Below, piece after piece: positions 8,970-18,585 of a DNA stretch of 64,000 nucleotides. The notes below the pieces were generated by a model, which was not told the DNA's origin, made no database searches, and worked only from the letters and a program-made list of their open reading frames with translations. Position 1 is the first letter of the stretch. Each line of letters begins with the position of its first letter. The translations under genes and the position numbers were made by a program. This stretch comes from Gemmatimonadales bacterium (GTDB lineage Bacteria; Gemmatimonadota; Gemmatimonadetes; Gemmatimonadales; GWC2-71-9): the NCBI GenBank assembly GCA_041613315.1, contig JBFJHJ010000015.1, positions 1,050-65,049 of the forward strand, given 5' to 3'.

Positions 8970-10951
8970 GACTCGGCGATCGCCCGCGCCACGTGGTCCG
9001 CGATCGCCATGATCGTGATCATCGGGTTGACCCCGCTGGACGTGGGGAACGCGCTCCCGTCCGCCACGTACAGCCCGGCGAGGTGGAACGACTCTCCCGA
9101 CTCGCCGACGACCCCACGCGTGGGATCGCGCCCCATCGCGGCGGTCGCCATCTGGTGAAAGCTGATGTACGACAAGCGGGCGCGCGTATAGCCACGCGCG
9201 TCCATCCCGGTGGCAAAGCGCTCCAGCCAGCCCGCGGTATTCGGGCGGACGCGCACGGGTGGGGTGTGCAGACTCACCAGCTCCCTGGCGCCGGCGGCGG
9301 CGAGGATCTCGGCCGCACCGCGGAGCGCCTGGCGCACGTGCCCCGCGTCGTAGCGCGACAGCTCGTAGTGCGCCCGCGGACGGCCCTCGCGCGTCACCGC
9401 GACCCGGCCGTTATCCCGATCGCGCAGCAGCACCCCGGCGATCCCGGTGCGCGCGAGTTGCCCGACGTCGTCGCGAAAGCGCTCGGCGCCCTCCCACCCG
9501 AACCCGCTAGCCGGCAGCGCGAAGTGGATGGGGGCCGTCTCGAACCTCGCGCCGTATCCCCCGTCCATGTCGGCGAGCTGATCCGAGTAACGGGTTTGGA
9601 GCGGGCCGCGCCACGGCTCCACCAGCTCCTCGAACACGCCGACGACGCCCGTCGCGGGATGGAGCCGGAGTCCGCGGCCGATCCTCGGATGGGAGAGCCC
9701 GGAGCGCCGGAGCAGCGCCGGCGTATAGATGGCGCCGCACGCCACGACCACGGCACGGGCGCGTACCGTAAGCCGATGGGCCGCGCCGCCGGGGCGCCGC
9801 ACCGTCGCTTCGACCCCGGTGGCCCGTCCACGTTCGGCCAACACGCGCTCGACGTCGCACTGGGGGATGAGCCGGGCGCCGGCCCGGACGGCGTCCCGCA
9901 GGTAGGTGGCGGCGGTCGAGTTCTTGGCGCCCTGCCGACAGCCGTAGCCGCAGTAGCCGCACGCGAGTGCGTCGCGGCACCCCGTCACGTTCCGCGGCTG
10001 TGCGTCGACGTGCCACCCCAGCGCCCGGCAGCCGCGCTCGAGCAGCACGTCGCGCGGGCTGGGGGTGTCCCACTCCGGCGCGAGGTTCAGGCGCGTCGCG
10101 ACCCGTGACAACGATTCGGCGAAGCGCGGGCGCGAGAACAGCGAGAACCCCGCCAGGTCGTCCCACTCGGCGCGGATCGCGTCGGGCAGCGGAAAGCTGG
10201 TGGTCCAGTTGATCGTCGTGCCGCCGCCGACGCAGCTGCCGGCGAGGATCGGCATCGAGCCGCTCTGCGTCATGAGCAGCCCTCCATCCAGGTACAGCGC
10301 CCCCAGCATCTCGCCTTCGATTTGGGTCATGTCCCGGACGCCGGGGTTCGGCCCTTTCTCGAGCACTACGACGCTGCGCCCGGCCTCGGCGAGGACCCCG
10401 GCCACGACGCCGCCTCCCGCGCCGGATCCCGCGATGACGACGTCACACTCGAGCGTCGTGTCGCGGTCGATGGCGAGCGCGGGCAACGGCTCGATGCCCC
10501 GGGCCGGTGGTGGGAGCGGACCGGGGTAGCCCACGGCGCGCCACGCGGGGTGGGAGCCCTCCGGCAGTGGCCAACAGAAGTGCGCCACGTGAGCGAGACG
10601 CTTGAGCGCCTGGAAGCCCGCCCGGCGGAGGGGGAGCCGCGAGAGCGCCCAATCCCGCAGGACCGCTTCGCGCTTCTCCCGGGACAGCGTCGCGAACCGG
10701 CTGAATCGGCCGCCGAGCACGAGATTGGCGACGCGCGAATCGAGGGCCGTGAGGAGTGTGCGTATCCGCGCGGCATCTCGAGGATCTCGGAGCGATGCGA
10801 TGAGCGCGGCGGCGCGCGCGGCGGCGCCGCTGGCGCGCGCGCCAGTGGCATAGAGGCCGTGCGGGTCGTCCGCCCGCGCGATCTCCGGAATCAGCGTGTC
10901 ACACACCGCCTCCAGCGTCGCGCGGTGGCGATCAGAGAGGTTGTCGGCCAC
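8963..10951 (-). CDS. GMC-family FAD oxidoreductase (long-chain alcohol oxidase-like)
   Basis: 662 aa. Has the dinucleotide-binding motif [16 protein letters not shown], a GMC C-terminal region ([17 protein letters not shown]) and a ~150-aa N-terminal extension. 7-nt overlap with the TPP enzyme gene. Confidence 0.85.
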   Translation of the reverse strand: MADNLSDRHRATLEAVCDTLIPEIARADDPHGLYATGARASGAAARAAALIASLRDPRDAARIRTLLTALDSRVANLVLGGRFSRFATLSREKREAVLRDWALSRLPLRRAGFQALKRLAHVAHFCWPLPEGSHPAWRAVGYPGPLPPPARGIEPLPALAIDRDTTLECDVVIAGSGAGGGVVAGVLAEAGRSVVVLEKGPNPGVRDMTQIEGEMLGALYLDGGLLMTQSGSMPILAGSCVGGGTTINWTTSFPLPDAIRAEWDDLAGFSLFSRPRFAESLSRVATRLNLAPEWDTPSPRDVLLERGCRALGWHVDAQPRNVTGCRDALACGYCGYGCRQGAKNSTAATYLRDAVRAGARLIPQCDVERVLAERGRATGVEATVRRPGGAAHRLTVRARAVVVACGAIYTPALLRRSGLSHPRIGRGLRLHPATGVVGVFEELVEPWRGPLQTRYSDQLADMDGGYGARFETAPIHFALPASGFGWEGAERFRDDVGQLARTGIAGVLLRDRDNGRVAVTREGRPRAHYELSRYDAGHVRQALRGAAEILAAAGARELVSLHTPPVRVRPNTAGWLERFATGMDARGYTRARLSYISFHQMATAAMGRDPTRGVVGESGESFHLAGLYVADGSAFPTSSGVNPMITIMAIADHVARAIAESW

Positions 10952-10978
10952 CGTCGGTGCGGAGCGAAGCCGCGGGCG

Positions 10979-12721
10979 TCAGCTCGCGGTCTTCCGCCCC
11001 TTCCGCTCCGCCACGAGGCGCCGGTGCACCTCGGCGTTCTCGAGCCATGGCTTCCGCTGGAAGTAGCTTCGCGTGAGCTCCAACACCTTGGGTGACAGGA
11101 GCAGCAGAGCGAGGAGGTTCGGCAGGATCACGATGCCCAGGAACACGTCGCCGAGGCTCCACACGTCCGCCAGCGCCAGGACCGCGCCCACGAAGTGCAT
11201 GACCACGAAGGCGATCTTGTACGGCAGGATCGCTTTGGGGCCGAACAGGTAGTTGGCGCACCGGTCACCGTAGTAGCTCCAGGAGATGGACGTCGACACG
11301 GCGAAGAGCAGGACGCTGATGACCACGATGTAATCGCCCGATTCGCCCGGGAGGCCGTGCTCGAACCCGAGCATCGTGAGCGGTGCGCCGCTCTCCGCGG
11401 CGTCGCCGTACAACGTGGTGTACGTGCGGCCGTCATCGCCCTGTGCCGACCCGCGGCGCGGGTAGACGGTGCCCGAGAACGGAACGGTCTGCGCTTGGTC
11501 CGTGAAGAGCCGCTCGACCGCCACCTCGTGCCAGGCGAGGAGGGGGAAGCCGGGCCCCGTGGAGACGGGCTGGCCGTCCTGAATCCGGATCTCCTGCGGT
11601 GGCGAGATCAAGTCGTAGCTGCCGTCCGCTTCCTGCGCGACGTAGGCGATGTCGCCCCCCACCAGCGTGATCTCCGTGGGGTGCCGATCGTCCCACACGC
11701 CCGTCACGATGATCACGAGCGCCGTCATCGAGACGATCACGATCGTGTCGATGAAGGGCTCCACCAGCGCCACGACCCCTTCGGACACGGGCTCGTCGGT
11801 CTGGACCGCGGCATGGGCGATGGGGGCGGAGCCTTGCCCGGCCTCGTTCGAGAAGAGGCCGCGCTTCACGCCCCACATCATCGTCACGAGGACCGCGCCG
11901 ACCCCCGTGCCGGCGACGCCCGCGGTCGGGTTGAACGCTTCCTTGAAGATCAGGATGAACGACGGGATGACCTGGTCGTAGTTCACCGCCAGGATGAACA
12001 GGGCGCCGGCGACGTAGATCGCGGCCATGGACGGCGCGAGGATGCCCGTCACCTTCCCGATGCGACTGATGCCGCCCAGAATCACGGCGGCTACGACCGC
12101 CGACGTCACGAGGCCCGTCACCCAGACCGGGATGCCGAACGTCGTTCGCATCGTATCGGCCACGGTGTTGGCCTGGATGGCGTTCCCGGTGAGGAACGCC
12201 GTGAGGCCCAACACCGCGGCGAACAGCACGGCCAGCCACTTCCAGTTCGCGCCCATTCCGCGCTCGATGTAGTACATCGGGCCGCCGGATACCGTCCCCT
12301 TGAGCTTGTCGGCGGCGGCGTCCACCTGGCGGTAGTGCTGCGCCAGCGTCACCTCGGTGTATTTCGTGGCCATCCCCAGAAACGCCGTGACCCACATCCA
12401 GAACAGCGCCCCAGGGCCTCCCCAGTGAATCGCGATCGCCACGCCCGCGATGTTGCCGATACCCACCGTGGCGGACAGGGCCGTCGTCAGCGCCTGGAAG
12501 TGCGACACGTCCCCCGGCTCGTTCGGATCGTCGTACTTGCCGCTGGTCACGGCGAAGCCATGCGGGAGCTGGCGCAGCTGGAGGAAACCGAGGCGGAGGG
12601 TCAAGTAGATCCCCGTCCCGATCAGGGCGATCACGACCAAGGGGATCCGCTCCTCCCCGACGGGAATCCCCGTCTCCCACACCCAGCCGTTCAGCGTTTC
12701 AACGAGCTCTCCGAAGTCCAT
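10979..12721 (-). CDS. Alanine/glycine:cation symporter (AGCS family)
   Basis: Characteristic SHFQALTTALSATVGIGNIAGVA and NEAGQGSAP motifs. 580 aa, about 100 aa longer than I expect for the family because of an insertion at roughly aa 343-445. Confidence 0.9.
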   Translation of the reverse strand: MDFGELVETLNGWVWETGIPVGEERIPLVVIALIGTGIYLTLRLGFLQLRQLPHGFAVTSGKYDDPNEPGDVSHFQALTTALSATVGIGNIAGVAIAIHWGGPGALFWMWVTAFLGMATKYTEVTLAQHYRQVDAAADKLKGTVSGGPMYYIERGMGANWKWLAVLFAAVLGLTAFLTGNAIQANTVADTMRTTFGIPVWVTGLVTSAVVAAVILGGISRIGKVTGILAPSMAAIYVAGALFILAVNYDQVIPSFILIFKEAFNPTAGVAGTGVGAVLVTMMWGVKRGLFSNEAGQGSAPIAHAAVQTDEPVSEGVVALVEPFIDTIVIVSMTALVIIVTGVWDDRHPTEITLVGGDIAYVAQEADGSYDLISPPQEIRIQDGQPVSTGPGFPLLAWHEVAVERLFTDQAQTVPFSGTVYPRRGSAQGDDGRTYTTLYGDAAESGAPLTMLGFEHGLPGESGDYIVVISVLLFAVSTSISWSYYGDRCANYLFGPKAILPYKIAFVVMHFVGAVLALADVWSLGDVFLGIVILPNLLALLLLSPKVLELTRSYFQRKPWLENAEVHRRLVAERKGRKTAS

Positions 12722-12911
12722 AGATCCCTTGGGCGGTTAGGCGGCGTGGCATAATGGGTCGGCGCGCAGTCGCGGGCAAGTAGCGGTCGCCCCGGGGAGG
12801 CCGGAGAGTGGCGCGGCCGTCGGGCCACCCGCTACAATGATATGCGGACACTACCCCGAGACCCGGCGTCGGGTTCGGGGCCCATTCTTTTCCAACGAGC
12901 TGTCGACGCCG

Positions 12912-13970
12912 ATGACACCGTCGAAACCATCCCAGCCAGCTGCGACGCGCGGCGTCCGCGTGCCGGCGGCCCGGAGTCGTGCGGCGCGAGCGGTCGGCAC
13001 GCTGCTCAAGCCGGGGATGCGGGTCGTCCTGACCACCCATGTCAATGCGGACGGTGATGGGGTGGGGAGCGCCGTGGCGCTGTGGCATTTGCTCACGGCT
13101 CGGAAGGTGCGGCCGGTGATCGCCAATCCGACGCCGGTGCCCGAGCGGTTCCAATTCCTGTTCGAGCGGATTGCGCGCGCGGACGGGACGTCGGACGCGC
13201 TGCGCCATCTGGGCCGCGCCGACGCGATCGTCGTCCTGGACATCGCGGACCTGGGCCGACTGGGGCATCTGGCGGGCGCGGTGGAGGGGGCGCGCGTGCC
13301 GGTCGCATGCATCGATCACCATGTGAGCAACGGGTCGTTGCCGGAGGGCCCGCGCCTCGTTGACGCGCACGCCGCAGCGACGGGGGAGCTGGTGTACGAC
13401 CTCGCCCGCACAGTGAGGTGGGCGATCACGCCGGAGGCGGCGCGCGGCCTGTACGTGGCCATCATGACCGACACGGGTGGGTTCCGCTACAGCAACACGA
13501 CGGCCCGGACGCTGCAGGTGGCGGCGCACCTCCTCGAGCACGGGGTGCATCCGGAGGACATCTACGCCCGGCTGTACGCCAACGAGCCCGAGGGGAAGCT
13601 CCGGCTGTTGGCCGAGGTGCTGGAGACGCTGGTCGTGGAGCAGGACCACGGGCTCGCCTGGCTCACCGTGCCCCCCGGGGCGCTGGAGCGCCACCGCGTG
13701 CAGGCCGACGACCTGGACGGGATCGTGGAGTTCCCCCGCTCGGTCCGCGGTGTGCGCCTGGCGATCATGTTTCGTCAGCTCGCGAGCGGGCGGATCAAGG
13801 TGTCGTTCCGATCGGTGGGGGACGTGGACGCCGCCGCCTTGGCCGAACGGTTCGGCGGCGGCGGGCACCGCAAGGCGGCCGGCGCCTCGTTGGCCGCCGA
13901 CTTGGCGGACGCCCAGGCGACGGTTCTCACCGTCGCGCGGGACGTGCTACGCAACGGCGGCGCCGGCTGA
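12912..13970 (+). CDS. nrnA: DHH-family phosphoesterase (NrnA-like oligoribonuclease/pAp phosphatase)
   Basis: DHH motifs HVNADGDGVGS and DHH (IDHHVSN), plus DHHA1 GGGHRKAAG near the C-terminus. The start could instead be the upstream ATG at 12837. Confidence 0.8.
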   Translation: MTPSKPSQPAATRGVRVPAARSRAARAVGTLLKPGMRVVLTTHVNADGDGVGSAVALWHLLTARKVRPVIANPTPVPERFQFLFERIARADGTSDALRHLGRADAIVVLDIADLGRLGHLAGAVEGARVPVACIDHHVSNGSLPEGPRLVDAHAAATGELVYDLARTVRWAITPEAARGLYVAIMTDTGGFRYSNTTARTLQVAAHLLEHGVHPEDIYARLYANEPEGKLRLLAEVLETLVVEQDHGLAWLTVPPGALERHRVQADDLDGIVEFPRSVRGVRLAIMFRQLASGRIKVSFRSVGDVDAAALAERFGGGGHRKAAGASLAADLADAQATVLTVARDVLRNGGAG

Positions 13971-14012
13971 GTCGTTGCCCCAGCCGCGGCGCGCGTCTAG
14001 GATTCGACAGCC

Positions 14013-15101
14013 ATGGCAAGCCGACTGCAGGCCGAGGTCGCCGGCGCACTGACCAACGTGCGCAATCCCCGCGTGGACAACGATGTCATCTCGGCGGGGA
14101 TGGTTGACGAGCTCGTGATCGAGCCCGACGGGCGCGTCGCGCTCACCTTCCGTCTCTCGCGCGACGATCCGGCCAGCCTGGTGCGGGACGTGCGTCGTGC
14201 GGTGCGCGCGGTGGAGGGTGTGACCGACGTGACGATCAACGTTGTGGAGCCGCGGGCGGCCCCGGCGGCCGGAACGGCTCCGGCGGCGCCGCCCCGACCA
14301 CCCCGCCCCGCAGGCCTCCCGGAGCTCGGGACGGTGCTGGCGATCTCCAGCGGCAAGGGTGGCGTCGGGAAGTCGACGGTCGCGGCGAATCTCGCGGCCG
14401 AGCTCGCTCGCAGTGGCCGCCGAGTGGCGCTCATGGATGCCGACGTCTACGGGCCCAACATTCCGCGACTCTTCGGTCTGAGCGGCAAGCCTCCCGTCCG
14501 GCAGGGCAAGATCGTTCCCTTCGAGCGCTACGGCGTGAAGGTGATGTCCCTCGGCCTGCTCATCGACCGGGACAAGCCTGCCATCTGGCGCGGGCCGATC
14601 GTGACGCGGATCATCACCCAGTTCCTCCACGACGTGGACTGGGGCCCGCTCGACTACTTCGTCGTGGATCTCCCGCCCGGCACCGGTGACGCCCAGCTGT
14701 CGCTCGCGCAGACGGTCCACCTGAAGGGCGCCGTGATCGTGACGACGCCGCAGGAGATGGCGGTCGGTGACGCCCTGCGCGGCGCCAAGATGTTCGAGAG
14801 CGTGGGCGTCCCCGTACTCGGGATCGTCGAGAACATGAGCTACTTCGTCTGTCCCCATTGCGAAGAGCGGAGCGACGTGTTCCTCACGGGCGGCGGGCAG
14901 CGGTTGGCCGCCGAGCTGGGTGTGCCGCTCCTCGGGCAGATTCCCCTGCAGGCCGGCATGACCGCGCAGCAGGACGAGGGTCAGCCGGTGGTCGTCTCCG
15001 CACCGGATTCCCCCGCAGGCCAGGCGCTCGCTGCCATCGCGGAGGAAGTCGAGCGGCGGGCGGGCGGCAAGAGCGTGGCGCTGCCGATCGTCACGGGGTA
15101 A
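14013..15101 (+). CDS. apbC: Mrp/ApbC/NBP35-type iron-sulfur cluster carrier ATPase with N-terminal DUF59-like domain
   Basis: Deviant Walker A SGKGGVGKST, a CPHC cluster-ligand motif (FVCPHCEERSD) and an N-terminal MIP18/DUF59-like segment. Confidence 0.9.
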   Translation: MASRLQAEVAGALTNVRNPRVDNDVISAGMVDELVIEPDGRVALTFRLSRDDPASLVRDVRRAVRAVEGVTDVTINVVEPRAAPAAGTAPAAPPRPPRPAGLPELGTVLAISSGKGGVGKSTVAANLAAELARSGRRVALMDADVYGPNIPRLFGLSGKPPVRQGKIVPFERYGVKVMSLGLLIDRDKPAIWRGPIVTRIITQFLHDVDWGPLDYFVVDLPPGTGDAQLSLAQTVHLKGAVIVTTPQEMAVGDALRGAKMFESVGVPVLGIVENMSYFVCPHCEERSDVFLTGGGQRLAAELGVPLLGQIPLQAGMTAQQDEGQPVVVSAPDSPAGQALAAIAEEVERRAGGKSVALPIVTG

Positions 15102-15105
15102 CCGC

Positions 15106-15218
15106 ATCCCGTCGTCCGTGATCCGTGATCCGTTTTTTGCCAGCGACGATGACCTCCCTCGTAGGTGTCGTCGGCCCTGCGTCGCACGCGGACCACGGGC
15201 CACGGACAATGGATAACG
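15106..15218. repeat. Intergenic heptamer-array inverted repeat, copy 2
   Basis: Forward array: atcccgt cgtccgt gatccgt gatccgt (15106-15133), followed by a T6 run. Inverted array: cggacca cgggcca cggacaa tggataa cg (15189-15218). Contains CCGTCGTCCGT (15109-15119). Confidence 0.6.
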
Positions 15219-15219
15219 T

Positions 15220-15975
15220 GTGTCCACCGCTATCACGCTCCTCACCGACTTCGGACTGTCCGACAGCTACGTCGCCGAGGTGAAGGCCGTCCTGCTACGG
15301 GACGCGCCGGGCGTACCGATCGTGGACGTGTCTCATGACATCCCGCGGGGCGATGTCCGGGCGGCCCAGTACCTGCTCGGGCGCACGTGGCACCGGTTCC
15401 CGGAGGGGACGGTGCACGTCGTGGTGGTGGATCCAGGTGTCGGCACGGACCGCCGCGCGCTGGCCGCGGCCCGCGGGGGTCACGGGTTCGTCGCGCCGGA
15501 CAACGGCGTCCTCGGCCCCGTGCTCACCGGCGCCCGGATCGTGGCGCTGGAAATCCCGCCCGCCGCCGCGCCCACGTTTCACGGGCGGGATGTCTTCGCG
15601 CCGGCGGCGGCCCGGCTGGCCCGCGGTGAGGCCCTCGAGCGCGTCGGCCTGCGGGTGACGGATCCGGTGACGGGGCCGCTTCCCGAGCCGACGACGAGCC
15701 CGGACGGTGCGGTCGGCGAAGTGGTGTATGTGGACCGGTTCGGTACACTGGTGACCAATATCGGTGCCGCGCTCGTCGCCGGAGCGGTGGAGGCGATCCT
15801 CCCCGAGGGGCGTCGCGCGCGGTTCGGCCACACCTTCGGGGATGTGGTGCCCGGGGCGTTAGTCGCCTTCGTGGGGTCCGGCGGTACGGTGGAGGTCGCC
15901 GTCCGGGATGGCTCGGCCGCCACGCTCACTGGGACGGGCGTGGGCGCGGTGGTGCGCGTCGCTCGAGCGCCGTGA
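15220..15975 (+). CDS. SAM hydrolase / SAM-dependent halogenase family protein (DUF62, S-adenosyl-L-methionine hydroxide adenosyltransferase-like)
   Basis: N-terminal ITLLTDFGLSDSYVAEVKAV and VVVVDPGVGT motifs characteristic of the family. Confidence 0.8.
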   Translation: MSTAITLLTDFGLSDSYVAEVKAVLLRDAPGVPIVDVSHDIPRGDVRAAQYLLGRTWHRFPEGTVHVVVVDPGVGTDRRALAAARGGHGFVAPDNGVLGPVLTGARIVALEIPPAAAPTFHGRDVFAPAAARLARGEALERVGLRVTDPVTGPLPEPTTSPDGAVGEVVYVDRFGTLVTNIGAALVAGAVEAILPEGRRARFGHTFGDVVPGALVAFVGSGGTVEVAVRDGSAATLTGTGVGAVVRVARAP

Positions 15976-16064
15976 CGCGACGCGCTCCCACCGGGTCTTG
16001 AGGCGCCGACGTCGACGCGTAGGATCAACGGACGAGAACGATAGACTCTGCCAAGGAGCATGTC

Positions 16065-18518
16065 GTGACACGACAGGCGCCGGATGCGGCGACGTTCGAG
16101 AAGCTCGGAGCGTTTTACCTGGGCCGCGAGTACGATCTCGAGGGGGGCGGCGTCCGTCCCGACCTCGTGCTGTATGACGCCAAGGACCTCACGACCCACG
16201 CGGTCTGCGTCGGGATGACCGGGAGTGGCAAGACCGGTCTCTGCCTCTCGCTGCTGGAAGAGGCGGCGATCGACGGGATCCCGGCGATCGCGATCGATCC
16301 GAAGGGAGATCTCGGCAACCTACTCCTGACGTTCCCGGAGCTGCGGCCGGCGGACTTTCGCCCGTGGATCGAGGACGCCGAAGCGGCGCGGAAAGGGGTC
16401 ACGCCGGACGAGTTCGCCACGTCGGTGGCGACCAAGTGGAGGGACGGGCTCGCCGAATGGGGACAGGACGGCGCCCGCATCGCGCGCCTCAGGAGCGCCG
16501 CCGATTTCGCGATCTACACCCCCGGCAGCAGCGCCGGTCTCCCCGTCAATGTCCTCCGCTCGTTCGCGGCTCCACCGCCGGAGCTCGTGAGTGACGCCGA
16601 CGCGTTAGGGGAGCGCGCCGCGGCCGCGGTCTCGGGGCTGCTCGCGCTGCTGGGCGTGGAGGCGGATCCCGTCCAAAGCCGCGAGCATATCCTTCTCTCG
16701 ATTCTTTTCCGTAACGCGTGGCAGGAGGGCCGCGACCTCGACCTCGGGAAGCTGATCGCCGAGATCCAGTCACCGCCGGTGGAGCAGGTCGGGGTGATGA
16801 ACGTGGAGACGTTCTACCCCGGGAAGGAGCGGTTCCAGCTCGCGATGCGGCTCAACAACCTGCTGGCGTCGCCGGGGTTTGCCTCCTGGCTCGAGGGCGA
16901 GGCCCTGGAGATCCCGCGGCTCCTGTGGACGGCCGACGGACGCCCCAGGGTCGCGATCCTGTCGATCGCCCACCTGTCGGACGTGGAGCGGATGTTCTTC
17001 GTTACCGTCCTGCTGAACGAGCTCATCGCGTGGATGCGCACGCAGCCGGGCACGGCGAGCCTTCGCGCGCTGCTCTACATGGACGAAGTGTTCGGCTACT
17101 TCCCCCCGACGGCGAACCCGCCGTCCAAGACGCCGATGCTGACGCTGCTGAAACAGGCCCGAGCCTACGGCCTCGGCGTGGTCCTGGCCACCCAGAATCC
17201 CGTGGACCTGGACTACAAGGGACTCTCGAACGCCGGGACGTGGTTCCTGGGCCGGTTGCAGACAGAGCGTGACAAGCTGCGGGTGATCGAGGGCCTCGAA
17301 GGGGCGTCGGCCGCGGCGGGCGCGGGGTTCGACCGGCAGCGGATGGAGCGGACCTTGGCGGGACTGACGAGCCGCGTGTTTCTCATGAACAACGTGCATG
17401 ACGATCGGCCCGTGCTGCTCCATACGCGGTGGGTGTTGTCGTACCTCCGCGGGCCGATGACGCGCGTCGAGATCGAGACGCTGATGGCGCCGCGTAAGGC
17501 GGCATCACCACCGCCACCGCCGCCCACTACCGCGTCCACCGCCACACCGCGCGCCCGCGTCGAGTCCGTCGCGGCCCGACCGAGCGTGCCGCCCGAGGTG
17601 ACCGAACGGTTCCAGGCGTCCGGCTCGCCGCCCGCGGGGGCGCGGCTCCGCTACCATCCGGCGCTACTCGGCACGGCCGACTTGCACTATGCGAACGCCC
17701 GGGTCGGCGTGGACCTGTGGCAGACCGTGGCGTGCGTCGCGCCGCTCGACGGCGGCGCCGGTGCCGCCGTGTGGGGAAAGGCGTCCTGCGTCGACGCCAG
17801 CACGCTGCGACTGGTGGACAATCCCGATCCAGCGGCGGAGTTCGCCGCGCTGCCGGCCCGCGCGGCGAAGCCCAAGGGCTTTCAATCCTGGGAGAAATCC
17901 TTCAAGACCTATCTCTACAAGGAGCGTCGGCTCACGCTGTACGCGTGTCCCGCGCTCAAGCTGACGTCCGAGGCGGGGGAGACCGACGGCCAGTTTCGGA
18001 TCCGGGCGCGGGAGGCGGCGCGAGAGGTCCGTGACGGCGCCGTGGAGAAATTGCGCGAGCGCTACGCGCCGAAGCTCGCGCGGCTACAGCAGCGGATGCA
18101 GCGGGCGCAAGATCGGGTGGGGCGGGAGCAATCTCAGCATCGGCACCAGCAGATGCAGACGGCGATCTCGGTCGGCGCCACGGTGTTGGGGGCCCTGTTC
18201 GGGCGCAAGGCGGCGAGCGTCGGGACCGTGGGCCGCGCGACCACAGCCATGCGCGGGGCCAGTCGCGCCGCCCGCGAGAAACAAGACATCGCCCGCGCGC
18301 AGCGCGAGCTTCAGGATCTGCAGCAGCAGCTGCAAGATCTCGAAGCGGAGTTTCAGGAAGAATCGGCCGCCGTGGCCGACCTGGCGGCCGACGAGCTGGA
18401 GATCACGGAACGGGAGATCGCGCCGCGAAAGACCGACATCGCGATCGGTACCGTCGCCCTCCTGTGGGTGCCGTGGTGGGTGAGCGCGGACGGGACGGCG
18501 ACCCCCGCGTCGGAGTGA
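16065..18518 (+). CDS. HerA/FtsK-superfamily P-loop ATPase (DUF853/YjgR-like) with long C-terminal extension
   Basis: GTG start 6 nt after AAGGAG. Walker A GMTGSGKTG followed by IDPKGDL (as in YjgR-type proteins). Walker B-like LLYMDEVFGYF. The tail has a poly-Pro linker, a coiled coil (QQRMQRAQDR...QDLQQQLQDLEAEF) and two hydrophobic segments. Confidence 0.75.
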   Translation: MTRQAPDAATFEKLGAFYLGREYDLEGGGVRPDLVLYDAKDLTTHAVCVGMTGSGKTGLCLSLLEEAAIDGIPAIAIDPKGDLGNLLLTFPELRPADFRPWIEDAEAARKGVTPDEFATSVATKWRDGLAEWGQDGARIARLRSAADFAIYTPGSSAGLPVNVLRSFAAPPPELVSDADALGERAAAAVSGLLALLGVEADPVQSREHILLSILFRNAWQEGRDLDLGKLIAEIQSPPVEQVGVMNVETFYPGKERFQLAMRLNNLLASPGFASWLEGEALEIPRLLWTADGRPRVAILSIAHLSDVERMFFVTVLLNELIAWMRTQPGTASLRALLYMDEVFGYFPPTANPPSKTPMLTLLKQARAYGLGVVLATQNPVDLDYKGLSNAGTWFLGRLQTERDKLRVIEGLEGASAAAGAGFDRQRMERTLAGLTSRVFLMNNVHDDRPVLLHTRWVLSYLRGPMTRVEIETLMAPRKAASPPPPPPTTASTATPRARVESVAARPSVPPEVTERFQASGSPPAGARLRYHPALLGTADLHYANARVGVDLWQTVACVAPLDGGAGAAVWGKASCVDASTLRLVDNPDPAAEFAALPARAAKPKGFQSWEKSFKTYLYKERRLTLYACPALKLTSEAGETDGQFRIRAREAAREVRDGAVEKLRERYAPKLARLQQRMQRAQDRVGREQSQHRHQQMQTAISVGATVLGALFGRKAASVGTVGRATTAMRGASRAAREKQDIARAQRELQDLQQQLQDLEAEFQEESAAVADLAADELEITEREIAPRKTDIAIGTVALLWVPWWVSADGTATPASE

Positions 18519-18531
18519 TCCAAATGACAAG

Positions 18532-18563
18532 ACGACCGCTTCCGGTTCTGGAAGCGGTCGTCG
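18532..18563. terminator. Bidirectional hairpin between convergent genes (perfect 13-bp stem, 6-nt loop)
   Basis: GACGACCGCTTCC-ggttct-GGAAGCGGTCGTC. Located 14 nt after the + strand stop and 23 nt after the minus-strand dodecin stop. Confidence 0.6.
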
Positions 18564-18585
18564 CCGCCCTCAGCGCGAGGCGGGC

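Noticed and set aside
12722-12911. Possible glycine riboswitch in the 190-nt leader region of the alanine/glycine symporter
   Set aside because: Reading the minus strand, I could not find the conserved GGAGAG...CACCGAAGGGGCAA...CUCUGGAGA-type cores or paired aptamers. Only weak promoter-like hexamers are present (TTGCCC-N17-CATTAT).
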